Source: an uncultured bacterium
Lineage (GTDB): Bacteria > Krumholzibacteriota > Krumholzibacteriia > Krumholzibacteriales > Krumholzibacteriaceae
Reading direction: 5' to 3'
NCBI GenBank assembly: GCA_965371515.1
Contig: CBDUYR010000017.1
Coordinates: 1 to 54,075, forward strand
DNA length: 54,075 nt
Part shown: positions 37,256-45,992 of the stretch, piece after piece
How positions within the stretch are numbered: the first letter of the stretch is position 1
How the letters are laid out: each line of letters starts with the position of its first letter
Notes under the pieces: generated by a model
The model's input: the letters and a program-made list of their open reading frames with translations, nothing else
What the model was told of the DNA's origin: nothing
Databases searched by the model: none
Position numbers and translations under genes: made by a program

Positions 37256-37306
37256 GAATCGGTCGCTGAGGCCGCAGAGACGGCCCGTAAAGATCCGGAG
37301 GTCCCT

Positions 37307-38410
37307 TTGGAAGACAATATGGAAGGAAAAACTCCCGAGGAGAAGCCGGCGGCCGAGCCTGCTGCCGAAAAACCCGCGCCCACGCCTGGACCCAAGCCGA
37401 AGAAGGCCGAGGTCGGGCCGAGGTTCGTGGTCAGCTCCTCGCCGCACGTGCACGACGGACGCACTGTCTCGCAGATCATGAGGCTTGTCATTATCGCGCT
37501 TGCGCCGGCCGCGCTCTACTCCATATATATCTTCGGTCTCGATGCGCTGCGGGTGATCGTGATCTCGATAGCCTCGGCGATGATCTTCGAGGCGATGTCG
37601 CAGAAGATCATGAAGCGGCCCGTCGCACTGCGCGACAGCAGCGCCGCCCTGACCGGACTGCTGCTTGCAATGAACCTGCCGTCGACCTCGCCCTGGTGGC
37701 TTATAGTGGTCGGCAACTTCTTCGCCATAGTCATTGCCAAGCAGCTCTATGGCGGTCTCGGGTATAATCCCTTCAATCCCGCACTTGTCGGCCGTGTCGT
37801 TCTGCTGATCTCGTTCCCCGTACACATGACGGCCAGGTGGGTCACCGCCTCGAGGTTCGGGACGGACGCTGTGACAACCGCGACCCCGCTCTCGCTTATG
37901 AAGGATAGCCTTGCGACTCTCGGCCATATAGACGTCGCATTCGGCAGGGAGGAGATATTTGACCTGCTGATCGGCAACAGGGCCGGCTGTCTCGGAGAGA
38001 CCTCGGTCGCATTGCTTGCTCTCGGCGGACTGTTCCTCATCTGGAAGAGGGTCATCTCGTGGCGCATCCCCGTGATGTTCATCGGCGGGGTATGGGCGAT
38101 GACGGGTATATTCCATCTCTTCGATCCGGCTCATTACGCCGATCCATCCTTCCATGTGATAACGGGAGGTCTCTTCATCGGTGCCCTCTTCATGGCGACC
38201 GATTACGTGACCAGCCCGGTGACGAAAAAAGGAATGCTCATATTCGGCGCCGGCTGTGGTGTTATAACTGTTCTGATAAGGCTATGGGGCGCCTATCCCG
38301 AGGGCGTAAGCTTCGCGATACTGCTGATGAACGCCGCGACGCCCCTTATCGACCGATATACGAAGCCCAGGGTATTCGGGGCCGCGGATAAAAAGAAGGT
38401 CGCCGCGTAG
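37307..38410 (+). CDS. rnfD: Rnf complex subunit D
   Basis: SSPH; GGLG.NPFNPA; flavinylation motif DAVTTATPL; MATDYVTSP; YPEGV; exact start uncertain. Confidence 0.95.
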   Translation: MEDNMEGKTPEEKPAAEPAAEKPAPTPGPKPKKAEVGPRFVVSSSPHVHDGRTVSQIMRLVIIALAPAALYSIYIFGLDALRVIVISIASAMIFEAMSQKIMKRPVALRDSSAALTGLLLAMNLPSTSPWWLIVVGNFFAIVIAKQLYGGLGYNPFNPALVGRVVLLISFPVHMTARWVTASRFGTDAVTTATPLSLMKDSLATLGHIDVAFGREEIFDLLIGNRAGCLGETSVALLALGGLFLIWKRVISWRIPVMFIGGVWAMTGIFHLFDPAHYADPSFHVITGGLFIGALFMATDYVTSPVTKKGMLIFGAGCGVITVLIRLWGAYPEGVSFAILLMNAATPLIDRYTKPRVFGAADKKKVAA

Positions 38411-38426
38411 TGGAGGTAATCAAGGT

Positions 38427-39014
38427 ATGAAAGAGATTTTCCGGTTGTGTTTCGTCCTCACCATCATCACCGCGGTGTCGGCGGGCGTGCTCGCCTACGT
38501 GAACCAGCAGACAGCCGAGCCGATCGCCAGGGCCCTTCTCGAGGAGAAGATGAGTGCGGTACGCAACGTCCTGCCGCCGTATGACAACGAGCCCGAAAAG
38601 ATCGAGATTGTTCTGGCCCCCGAAGATACGCTTGAGGTCTACCGCGGCCTCAAGGACGGGACGGTGACCGGGGCGGCATTCGCGATCGTCGCTCCGGACG
38701 GATACTCCGGAGATATCGAGTTTATGATCGGTGTCGACGGAGAGGGCGTAATGCAGGGACTCATGATCCTGAAGCATCTCGAGACTCCCGGCCTCGGAGC
38801 AAAGATCGAGTCGGAGGATTTCAGGGGTCAGTACAGGGGAAAGAGCCTCGAGAATCCTGAACTGTGGGAAGTCACCAAGGACGGGGGCACGTTCATACCT
38901 ATCACCGGCGCCACGATCTCGTCGCGTGCGATAACGAGGGCCAGCGCGAAGGGGCTGAAGCTCTTCCAGGAGCACAAGGCGGAGATTTTCGCGGAAGGGG
39001 AGGTGCAGGAATGA
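38427..39014 (+). CDS. rnfG: Rnf complex subunit G
   Basis: GYSG.I; ETPGLG; ITGATISS. Confidence 0.95.
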   Translation: MKEIFRLCFVLTIITAVSAGVLAYVNQQTAEPIARALLEEKMSAVRNVLPPYDNEPEKIEIVLAPEDTLEVYRGLKDGTVTGAAFAIVAPDGYSGDIEFMIGVDGEGVMQGLMILKHLETPGLGAKIESEDFRGQYRGKSLENPELWEVTKDGGTFIPITGATISSRAITRASAKGLKLFQEHKAEIFAEGEVQE

Positions 39015-39712
39015 GAGCATGGGATGAGTTCACAAAGGGATTCTGGAGAGAGAACCCGATATTCAGGCTCGTGCTCGGTCTCTGCCCGACCCTGGCGGTC
39101 ACGACCTCTGCAGAGAACGGTCTCGCGATGGGGCTCGCCACGACATTCGTCCTCATCTGTTCCAACGCCGTAATCTCGTCGATGAGGAAGTTCATCCCGA
39201 AGAAGGTGCGCATACCGGCTTACATAGTCGCGATCGCGACATTCGTCACTATCGTCGACCTCGTGATGAACGGATACTTCCACGCCCTGCACAAGAGCCT
39301 GGGCCTCTTCATACCGCTGATCGTGGTCAACTGCATCATACTCGGCAGGGCCGAGGCTTTCGCCTCGAAGAACCCCATCGGGTTGGCGATAGTCGATGGA
39401 TTCGGGATGGGATTCGGATTCACCATCTCGCTGATGGTGATCGGAGCGATAAGGGAGATCATCGGAAACGGTACGATCTTCAGCGTGTCGATCTTTGGCG
39501 ACGGCTACGTGCCGCTGCTTCTCATGATCCTGCCCCCAGGCGCGTTTATCGTTCTGGGTGTACTGCTCGGATTGATGAACAAGGCCGAGATTGCCATGGC
39601 CGAGAGGAGCGGAAGGCAGCCGATCATCCGCAAGGAGCACGACTGCGCGAGCTGCGCGATCCATACGAAGTGGTTCGATTTCTCCGCGAAGGAGGAACCG
39701 ACCTCCGAATAG
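39011..39712 (+). CDS. rnfE: Rnf complex subunit E
   Basis: Start re-called at MRAW (ATGA overlap); ENP....LGLCPTLAVT; IPLIVVNC; PPGAF. Confidence 0.95.
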   Translation: MRAWDEFTKGFWRENPIFRLVLGLCPTLAVTTSAENGLAMGLATTFVLICSNAVISSMRKFIPKKVRIPAYIVAIATFVTIVDLVMNGYFHALHKSLGLFIPLIVVNCIILGRAEAFASKNPIGLAIVDGFGMGFGFTISLMVIGAIREIIGNGTIFSVSIFGDGYVPLLLMILPPGAFIVLGVLLGLMNKAEIAMAERSGRQPIIRKEHDCASCAIHTKWFDFSAKEEPTSE

Positions 39713-39733
39713 CGTACCAGTTCCCCGCAATGG

Positions 39734-39829
39734 TTAGAACCGCACGAACATTCCCAGCAGGAAGAATGCTGCTATCGCCGCGGCGTGTATGACCCACCAG
39801 CCGGCTGTTCCCCTGCGAAGATTCTTCAT
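39734..39829 (-). CDS. 31-aa single-TM small protein (absent from ORF track): MKNLRRGTAGWWVIHAAAIAAFFLLGMFVRF
   Basis: GGAGG RBS 7 nt upstream; ATG 3 nt after the upstream stop; basic N-terminus plus hydrophobic helix. Confidence 0.7.
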   Translation of the reverse strand: MKNLRRGTAGWWVIHAAAIAAFFLLGMFVRF

Positions 39830-39832
39830 CTC

Positions 39833-40321
39833 TCAACCTCCCAGGAGTTTCCCGGCCGTGAAAATGGCCGAGACGTATAAGAAATGCCTTGTCCACCAGA
39901 ACGGCGTGAACATCCTGCCCGTGCCCCGGGGCCTGTAATGATAGAGGAGCATCTGTCCAATGATCAGCTTGGGCAGCGAGAGCAGTATCGATGGAAGCAT
40001 GCTGTCGAAGACGATGGTATCGGCGCCCGGCACTCCGCTCCATCCTGATATCCCGAGGTATCCCATCAGCACCGTGCCGGTTATGACCGAGAACCCGTTG
40101 ATCAGATACCCGGCGAGCCATGTCTTCTCGCGCGAGAGCAGCAGCGGCACGATGATCACGCCGGCCAGCCCGAGAATAAAGGGAACGAGGTTGGTGTGAT
40201 TGCCCGGTGCGCCGGGGAGGGGGATCGGGTGGATGCGAGCGTGCAGCAGCAGTCCCCCGAGCGAGAGCAGGATCAGGGCGGCAAGCTCGCCGCGAATGGA
40301 TTTTTTATCTTCAACAGCCAA
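39833..40321 (-). CDS. Hypothetical membrane protein (~5 TM) with His residues at helix ends
   Basis: GGLLLHARIHP; WWTRH; TTG start after AGGA. Confidence 0.7.
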   Translation of the reverse strand: MAVEDKKSIRGELAALILLSLGGLLLHARIHPIPLPGAPGNHTNLVPFILGLAGVIIVPLLLSREKTWLAGYLINGFSVITGTVLMGYLGISGWSGVPGADTIVFDSMLPSILLSLPKLIIGQMLLYHYRPRGTGRMFTPFWWTRHFLYVSAIFTAGKLLGG

Positions 40322-40347
40322 AATCGATCATTCCTGTCAATCGTACA

Positions 40348-40827
40348 TTATTCATCAGCCGGACGGATATTCATGGTCGGCGCTGATAGAGGGGCTTGCA
40401 ATCCTTTCACCCACATCCTGACAGTCGAAAGCTCCTCTTCGGTGAGGGGTTTCTTCATGATCGGCATTTTCTTGCCCTTCATTCCCTCGCCGCCGGTCAG
40501 CTTGAGGAGGAGATAGCCCCGCGACGGGTCTTGCGTGTCGATCAGCATGAACTTGTCGTTCTGCTTGCTTGGGATGCCGATCAGGTTTTTGGGGACGTCG
40601 TCAGCCTTGAGGCTCAGCTGCATCTTCGGATTTTCGCCTCCGTGGCAGCCTGACGTTGCGCAGCTTTTTCCGAAGATCTCCATGACCTTCATGTTGAGTC
40701 CCTCTACTGCAGTGTCTCCCTCCGTGTCTGCCTTGACAGAATCGGCTTCATCGCCTCCTGTGCCCGCAAACGCCGCGCCCATCAGAAACACAAGGGCGAG
40801 GAACGTAACCAGAACTGATCCCTTCAT
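40348..40827 (-). CDS. Secreted c-type cytochrome-like protein with CX4CH motif
   Basis: Signal peptide; IF..SCATSGCHG; KMP (candidate distal Met); L..EE...V..WV.G. Confidence 0.7.
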   Translation of the reverse strand: MKGSVLVTFLALVFLMGAAFAGTGGDEADSVKADTEGDTAVEGLNMKVMEIFGKSCATSGCHGGENPKMQLSLKADDVPKNLIGIPSKQNDKFMLIDTQDPSRGYLLLKLTGGEGMKGKKMPIMKKPLTEEELSTVRMWVKGLQAPLSAPTMNIRPADE

Positions 40828-40868
40828 GCGGTGGTCTCCTTTCCATCACGTCAGCAGTATCATAACGA

Positions 40869-41861
40869 TCAGTCGAACAGTTCTACTTTCCCGCCGAAGT
40901 TGCCGACAAACTCGAAAGTGTCGCCGGGAAGGGCGAAGACAGCTCTTATCCCGGGAATGGATGCACTGATCAGGCTGCTCTCTTCAGGGCCGAGGACGAA
41001 CAGGCCGGTGGCGAGAGCGTCGGACGCCGTCGCGGACGGAGCGACGACGGTGACTCCGAGGACGTGATCGATCGTTCTGCCGATACGTGGATCGACTATA
41101 TGCCCGTATCTCTTTCCTTCTATCACGACGAAGTTCTCGTAGTTGCCGGACGTCGCGATGGCCTCGTCGCTGATGAGCAGCTTCCCGATGACGCCTGACG
41201 GATCCTGGGGATCTCGCATCCCTATCGACCAGGCCTCGCGCCCGGGCGGCGCTCCCACTGCGAACATGTTTCCGCCGAGATCGACCAGTGCGCTGGTCGC
41301 GTCATGCTTCTTCAGGATCCAGACACAGCGGTCCACGGCGTACCCCTTCCCGATACCGGCAAGGTCTATCCCGGCGCCGTCAGTCAGGGCTACGGTCGTA
41401 TCTTCCGCATCGAGTATCATCTTCCGCCAGCCGACCTTCTCCAGGGCGCCGGCGATCTCTGTCTCGGATGGCAGCTTCGCTTCGCCGCCCTGGAATCCCC
41501 AGAGCTTCACGATGGGCCTCGCCGTTACGTCGAATGCGCCGCCGGTAATCTCGCTGAAGTGGTATGCCTGTTCGAGAAGAAGGAAGAGCTCTGACGATAC
41601 TCTGACAGGCTGCCCTTGCGAGTCCCTGTTGAGCCTCGATATCTCGCTGTCCTCTTTCCAGTTGCTCATCACCGACTCGATGCGGTGCATCTCGCGGATC
41701 GCCTCCGAGGCGGCCGAATCAGCATCTTCTGATGCAAGCCCGTAGATAGTGATCGTGCCCCTCGTGCCCATCACGAATGTCTGTTTGACATACGGCTCCT
41801 CGTCATGCGCGCATGAGGGGAAAACAAGAAAGAGTATCAGGATGGATAATATGAAATTCAT
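40869..41861 (-). CDS. apbE: FAD:protein FMN transferase (lipoprotein)
   Basis: Lipobox FPSC; MGT; GAFDVT; DL.GIGKGY; ATSGNYE; HIVDP; DALAT. Confidence 0.95.
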   Translation of the reverse strand: MNFILSILILFLVFPSCAHDEEPYVKQTFVMGTRGTITIYGLASEDADSAASEAIREMHRIESVMSNWKEDSEISRLNRDSQGQPVRVSSELFLLLEQAYHFSEITGGAFDVTARPIVKLWGFQGGEAKLPSETEIAGALEKVGWRKMILDAEDTTVALTDGAGIDLAGIGKGYAVDRCVWILKKHDATSALVDLGGNMFAVGAPPGREAWSIGMRDPQDPSGVIGKLLISDEAIATSGNYENFVVIEGKRYGHIVDPRIGRTIDHVLGVTVVAPSATASDALATGLFVLGPEESSLISASIPGIRAVFALPGDTFEFVGNFGGKVELFD

Positions 41862-41864
41862 CCG

Positions 41865-43142
41865 TCAGTATCCCGGCTTTCCGAGAAGCTTGAACATCCT
41901 CGTCTTGTATTCCTCGACACCGGGCTGATCGAATGGATTGACGCCGATCAGCCTTCCCGATACGGCGATGGCCAGCTGGTAGAATATGAACAGGGCGCCG
42001 ATCGATGTCGGTGTGATCTCTTCCAGCTCGATCGTCATCACCGGCAGGCCGCCGGCGATATGTGCCGCCTTCGTTCCTTCGTAGGCTTTGCCGTTGACTT
42101 CGGAGATCGATTTTCCGGCGAGATAGTTCAGCCCGTCGAGATCGTCGCTGTCGACGGGGATCTCGAGGTCCCTGTTCGGACGGGCCGAGATGAGAAATGT
42201 CTCGAGGATATTTCGTGAGCCCTCCTGCAGGAGCTGGCCGAGCGAATGAAGGTCGGTAGTCATCACTGTCGATGCCGGATAGAGTCCTTTGCCCTCCTTG
42301 CCTTCCGATTCGCCTGCGAGCTGTTTCCACCACTCGCATACCCATGAAAGCTCCGGATGGAAGGTCGAGAGGACTTCTATCTCGGTTCCCCTGCCGTGCA
42401 GGAGCGATCTGGCCAGGGCGTATTTCAAAGCATCGTTTCCCGGTTTTTCCATTGTCCAGAGGTCCAGTCCCCGGCACGCTCCCGCGACAAGCGCGTCGAT
42501 CGGGATTCCGGCCGCGGCGAAGGGAAGCAGGCCGACGGGGGAGAGGACACTGAACCGTCCGCCAACGTCGGGTGAGATCGGGAATATCTTCCAGCCCTCG
42601 GTCCCTGCCATCTGTCTCAGGGCGCCCTTCACCGGATCGGTGATCGCGATGATCCTCTCGCTGCACCCTTCCCGGCCGCAATTCTCCATCAGGCGGTTGC
42701 GCAGCAGCCTGAATGCTATGGCCGGCTCGGTCGTCGTTCCCGATTTCGAGATGACGCAGATCGAGAAGCGTTTGCCCTCCAGATAGTCGAGAAGATCGGC
42801 ATGATACTCCGGCGAGAGACTGTTTCCGGCGAAGAGGACCGGAAACGGGGCGTGTTCCTTGAGCGCCTCGATGCCCGCCCGGGCGCCGAGATAAGAGCCT
42901 CCTATCCCGACCACGACGAGGCAGTCACTCTGGTCCTGGATCCGTTTGCCCTCATCGCTGATCTCCTCGATATCCCGCGGAGGCAGACAGGGGAGAGCCA
43001 GCCAGCCGAGCATATCGGAGCCTGGTCCCTCGCTCTTAAGAAGAGAGCCCAGAGTTTCGATTGCCCCGGGCATCCCGTTATTCAGTTCAGCTTCGGTCAG
43101 ATGGGGAGCGAGACTCCCCGTATCGAGCGTTAGCAATGTCAT
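41865..43142 (-). CDS. pgi: Glucose-6-phosphate isomerase
   Basis: GIGGSYLG; SKSGTTTE; GGRFSV; ESEGK; PFDQPGVE.YK. Confidence 0.95.
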   Translation of the reverse strand: MTLLTLDTGSLAPHLTEAELNNGMPGAIETLGSLLKSEGPGSDMLGWLALPCLPPRDIEEISDEGKRIQDQSDCLVVVGIGGSYLGARAGIEALKEHAPFPVLFAGNSLSPEYHADLLDYLEGKRFSICVISKSGTTTEPAIAFRLLRNRLMENCGREGCSERIIAITDPVKGALRQMAGTEGWKIFPISPDVGGRFSVLSPVGLLPFAAAGIPIDALVAGACRGLDLWTMEKPGNDALKYALARSLLHGRGTEIEVLSTFHPELSWVCEWWKQLAGESEGKEGKGLYPASTVMTTDLHSLGQLLQEGSRNILETFLISARPNRDLEIPVDSDDLDGLNYLAGKSISEVNGKAYEGTKAAHIAGGLPVMTIELEEITPTSIGALFIFYQLAIAVSGRLIGVNPFDQPGVEEYKTRMFKLLGKPGY

Positions 43143-43155
43143 TCTCCCTTACACA

Positions 43156-44838
43156 TTATTCCTGTTCTTCAGCAGCCAGAGCCTTCTCCACCAGTCGAAC
43201 GGTCTCTTCTGTATGCGAGACCACCTCGGCTCTGACCTCTCCCGCTTCCTTCAATATCTCGGCTTTGAACTTTTCGTCTTCGATCCCGGGCAGGTTGATG
43301 ATGACGTTGAGGTAGGCGCCCTCGGCCGCCGTCCGTGCGGCGAGTGCCGCCACACCGGCATCGCTGATCGAGTTTGCGTTGCCCTTCCCGGCAACGATTC
43401 GTGCCAACTCAGCGGCATCTTTCGAGCGGCGAAGGACGTTCATCGGTATCAGCGTTGCCACCTTCGTCGTCTCCTCGATTGCTGCGGCCCTGGCGGCCTT
43501 CTGCTCGTCGGTCTTTTTCTTCATCCTCATTGCGTCCATCACCCTGTTGAACGCGTCGGTGTCGCGGTCTACATCGGCCAGGAACTCGTCCTTGATCTTC
43601 TGTGCCTCGACGCCTACACGCACCATCTCGTCGAACGCCTTCTCGTATCCTTTCTTGCCGTGCGTCAGCGCTCCGACCATAGCCGTGAGCGCCCCGCTGA
43701 GCGCCCCGCAGAGAGCGGCTACGCTGCCGCCGCCCGGCGCCGGTGCGTCGGTCGAGAGAACGTCCGTGAAATACGTTGCCGTCATGCCGACGAGGCTGTC
43801 GTCCCGTCTCATGAAATATTCGATGATCTTCTTGTCTGGCTCGAATTCGTAGAGATCGCTGAGCCCGAGGGAGAGGACCGCGGTGTGCACCAGTTCGGAG
43901 TCGGGTACGCCGGTCGTCTTGCCCATCTTTCTGAGGTAGTGCCTGCCCGACTCGAGAAGCGCCTCGATGGGAATCAGCCCGACGAGCTCGCTGCCCGTGA
44001 CACGAGCGCCTAGCCCGGCGGCTATTCGCTCGCATTCGTCGAATACGAGATGGGGAGGGGTGATCTTGTAGTTGGTCAGGTTGATAGACACCTGCGCCCG
44101 CCCGAAGTCCTCCATATACCAGCCTACCGCCTTGCATTCCTTGAACACGCCGTTTTCCCTGACGGTCTTGCCGTCCTCGTCGCGGACGATCTTGCCCGCC
44201 TTGTCGCGTTTCAGGCGTCCCTTCTCACGGATCATGAATGCGATCTCGCGGGCGACCTTTGTGTCCCGGGTATTGAGGTTGACGTTATATGCGATGAGGA
44301 ACTCCCTCGCGCCGATCACGGTCGCCCCGGTGCCTGGATTGAACTCGGCCGGTCCGAAATCGGGTTTCCACTCGGGATCGGCCAGCTTCGTCTCGAGCCC
44401 TTCGTACTCGCCGGCACGGATATTGGCGAGGTTCTGCCTCTCCGGCGTCGATGCGGCGTACTCGTAGAGATAGACGGGGATGCCCAGCTCTTCGCCGACG
44501 CGGCTGCCCAGCCTGCGCGCGAGCTCTGCACAGTCATCCATCGTCATACCGCTGACGGGGATGAACGGGCATACATCGGTGGCGCCCATCCTGGCGTGCG
44601 CGCCGGAGTGCTTCGACATGTCGATTACCTCGGCGGCCTTCCGGATTGCTCTGAAAGCAGCCTCGACGACCTCGTCAGGCGTCCCGAGGATGGTGACGAC
44701 TGTCCTGTTGGTGTCTTTGCCAGGGTCTACGTCGAGAAGCCTGACGCCCTCTACGCCTTTGATCTCGTTCGTGATCTCATCGATCCTGGCCAGATCCCGG
44801 CCTTCGCTGAAGTTCGGTACGCACTCTACGAGTCTCAT
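43156..44838 (-). CDS. ftcd: Glutamate formimidoyltransferase / formiminotetrahydrofolate cyclodeaminase (fused)
   Basis: Start re-called at MRLVECVPNFSEG; H.RMGA.DV.PF; GAR..LIAYN; PAPGGGS. Confidence 0.95.
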   Translation of the reverse strand: MRLVECVPNFSEGRDLARIDEITNEIKGVEGVRLLDVDPGKDTNRTVVTILGTPDEVVEAAFRAIRKAAEVIDMSKHSGAHARMGATDVCPFIPVSGMTMDDCAELARRLGSRVGEELGIPVYLYEYAASTPERQNLANIRAGEYEGLETKLADPEWKPDFGPAEFNPGTGATVIGAREFLIAYNVNLNTRDTKVAREIAFMIREKGRLKRDKAGKIVRDEDGKTVRENGVFKECKAVGWYMEDFGRAQVSINLTNYKITPPHLVFDECERIAAGLGARVTGSELVGLIPIEALLESGRHYLRKMGKTTGVPDSELVHTAVLSLGLSDLYEFEPDKKIIEYFMRRDDSLVGMTATYFTDVLSTDAPAPGGGSVAALCGALSGALTAMVGALTHGKKGYEKAFDEMVRVGVEAQKIKDEFLADVDRDTDAFNRVMDAMRMKKKTDEQKAARAAAIEETTKVATLIPMNVLRRSKDAAELARIVAGKGNANSISDAGVAALAARTAAEGAYLNVIINLPGIEDEKFKAEILKEAGEVRAEVVSHTEETVRLVEKALAAEEQE

Positions 44839-44977
44839 CGGGACTATCACTCTCCTTGTTTTGACAATGGATATCTGGCAATATGTCCACAGGATAAACA
44901 GGCGCCGCCGGCAGGTCAAGCACAGCGTTGACCTGCAGACAAGTACACTGTCGAATGAAAACGAGGCCGGAACACAG

Positions 44978-45757
44978 ATGAATTTCTACCTCAGCGTGCC
45001 CCTGAGCAGGTTCGACGGCATGTTGGAAGACGTCGTGTCGGCCGGATTCCAGCCGGAGATCCGGATGACAAGGGCCGACTACCTGGCGAAGATGACCCCG
45101 TCTGATTTCGCCAGGATGAGGGATCTTCTCGAGAAACGCTCCCTGCGGACATTCACGCACGGGCCGTTCTTCGGGCTCGACATCGCCAGCCTCGACATCT
45201 GTCTCTCGGAGTACTCTGCCGATTGCCTCGACATAGGACTGGAGGCGACAGCAGCGCTGGGCGGCAGTGTGATGGTAATGCACACAGGCTATCTGCCTCA
45301 GTTCTCTCGCGGCGGCCGCAGGTACTGGCTGAGAAACTGGGCCGAGCGGATGCCGAGGATCGTCGAACATGCGGAGAAACTCGGAGTGACGCTTGCGCTG
45401 GAGAACACCTGGGACGACCGCCCCGAGATCATGCTGCACCTGGCAGACATGCTCCCCGGCGACGTGGTGCGTTTCTGCCTCGACACGGGCCACGTCAACG
45501 TGTTTTCACATCTGCCCATAACCAGATGGTGGGACATGATCGGCGACCGGGTCGTTGCCCTGCACCTTCACGACAACGACGGACTCTCCGACGACCACCT
45601 GGCCCCCGGAGAGGGCACGTTCGACTTCGAAACGCTGGCCGGAAAGCTCCGCGGCCTCGAGACGATGCCCCTTCTCGACCTCGAAGTCGATCTACCGAGA
45701 GGTCCGCGGGGAAGGGAATATCTCGACAGACTTTTCACCCTGCGGGGCGACAAATAG
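44978..45757 (+). CDS. Sugar phosphate isomerase/epimerase, xylose-isomerase-like TIM barrel
   Basis: HGPF; H.G; LEN; CLDTGH; HLHDNDG..D.HL..G.G; start re-called. Confidence 0.88.
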   Translation: MNFYLSVPLSRFDGMLEDVVSAGFQPEIRMTRADYLAKMTPSDFARMRDLLEKRSLRTFTHGPFFGLDIASLDICLSEYSADCLDIGLEATAALGGSVMVMHTGYLPQFSRGGRRYWLRNWAERMPRIVEHAEKLGVTLALENTWDDRPEIMLHLADMLPGDVVRFCLDTGHVNVFSHLPITRWWDMIGDRVVALHLHDNDGLSDDHLAPGEGTFDFETLAGKLRGLETMPLLDLEVDLPRGPRGREYLDRLFTLRGDK

Positions 45758-45766
45758 ATGATTGAT

Positions 45767-45795
45767 TGCATATTACGGCGATCTGTGATATAAAA
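45767..45795 (+). promoter_or_regulatory. sigma70 promoter
   Basis: TTGCAT-N17-TATAAA. Confidence 0.55.
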
Positions 45796-45992
45796 TATGC
45801 GGAATATAGGCCAGTCACGGGCTGGCCAGCTGCGGTTCCACAGACGGCGATGCAGCACGGTAAGTGCATCAATATTAAGTAAAAATAAGGAGGGAGAGAG
45901 CGTCACCGGACGATGTCCGGAGACATGCGGTCCTGTCTGCCAGGCAGGAAGGAGCAGCATTCGCGCTGCAGCAGTTTGAAGTGGCCCCTGTC

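Noticed and set aside
36173..38155. 660-aa minus-strand ORF
   Set aside because: Antisense shadow of rnfC/rnfD, with no motifs
45890..45975. Glycine riboswitch-like GGAGAGA...GAAGGAGCA
   Set aside because: CCGAAG and the CTCTCAGG 3' element are missing
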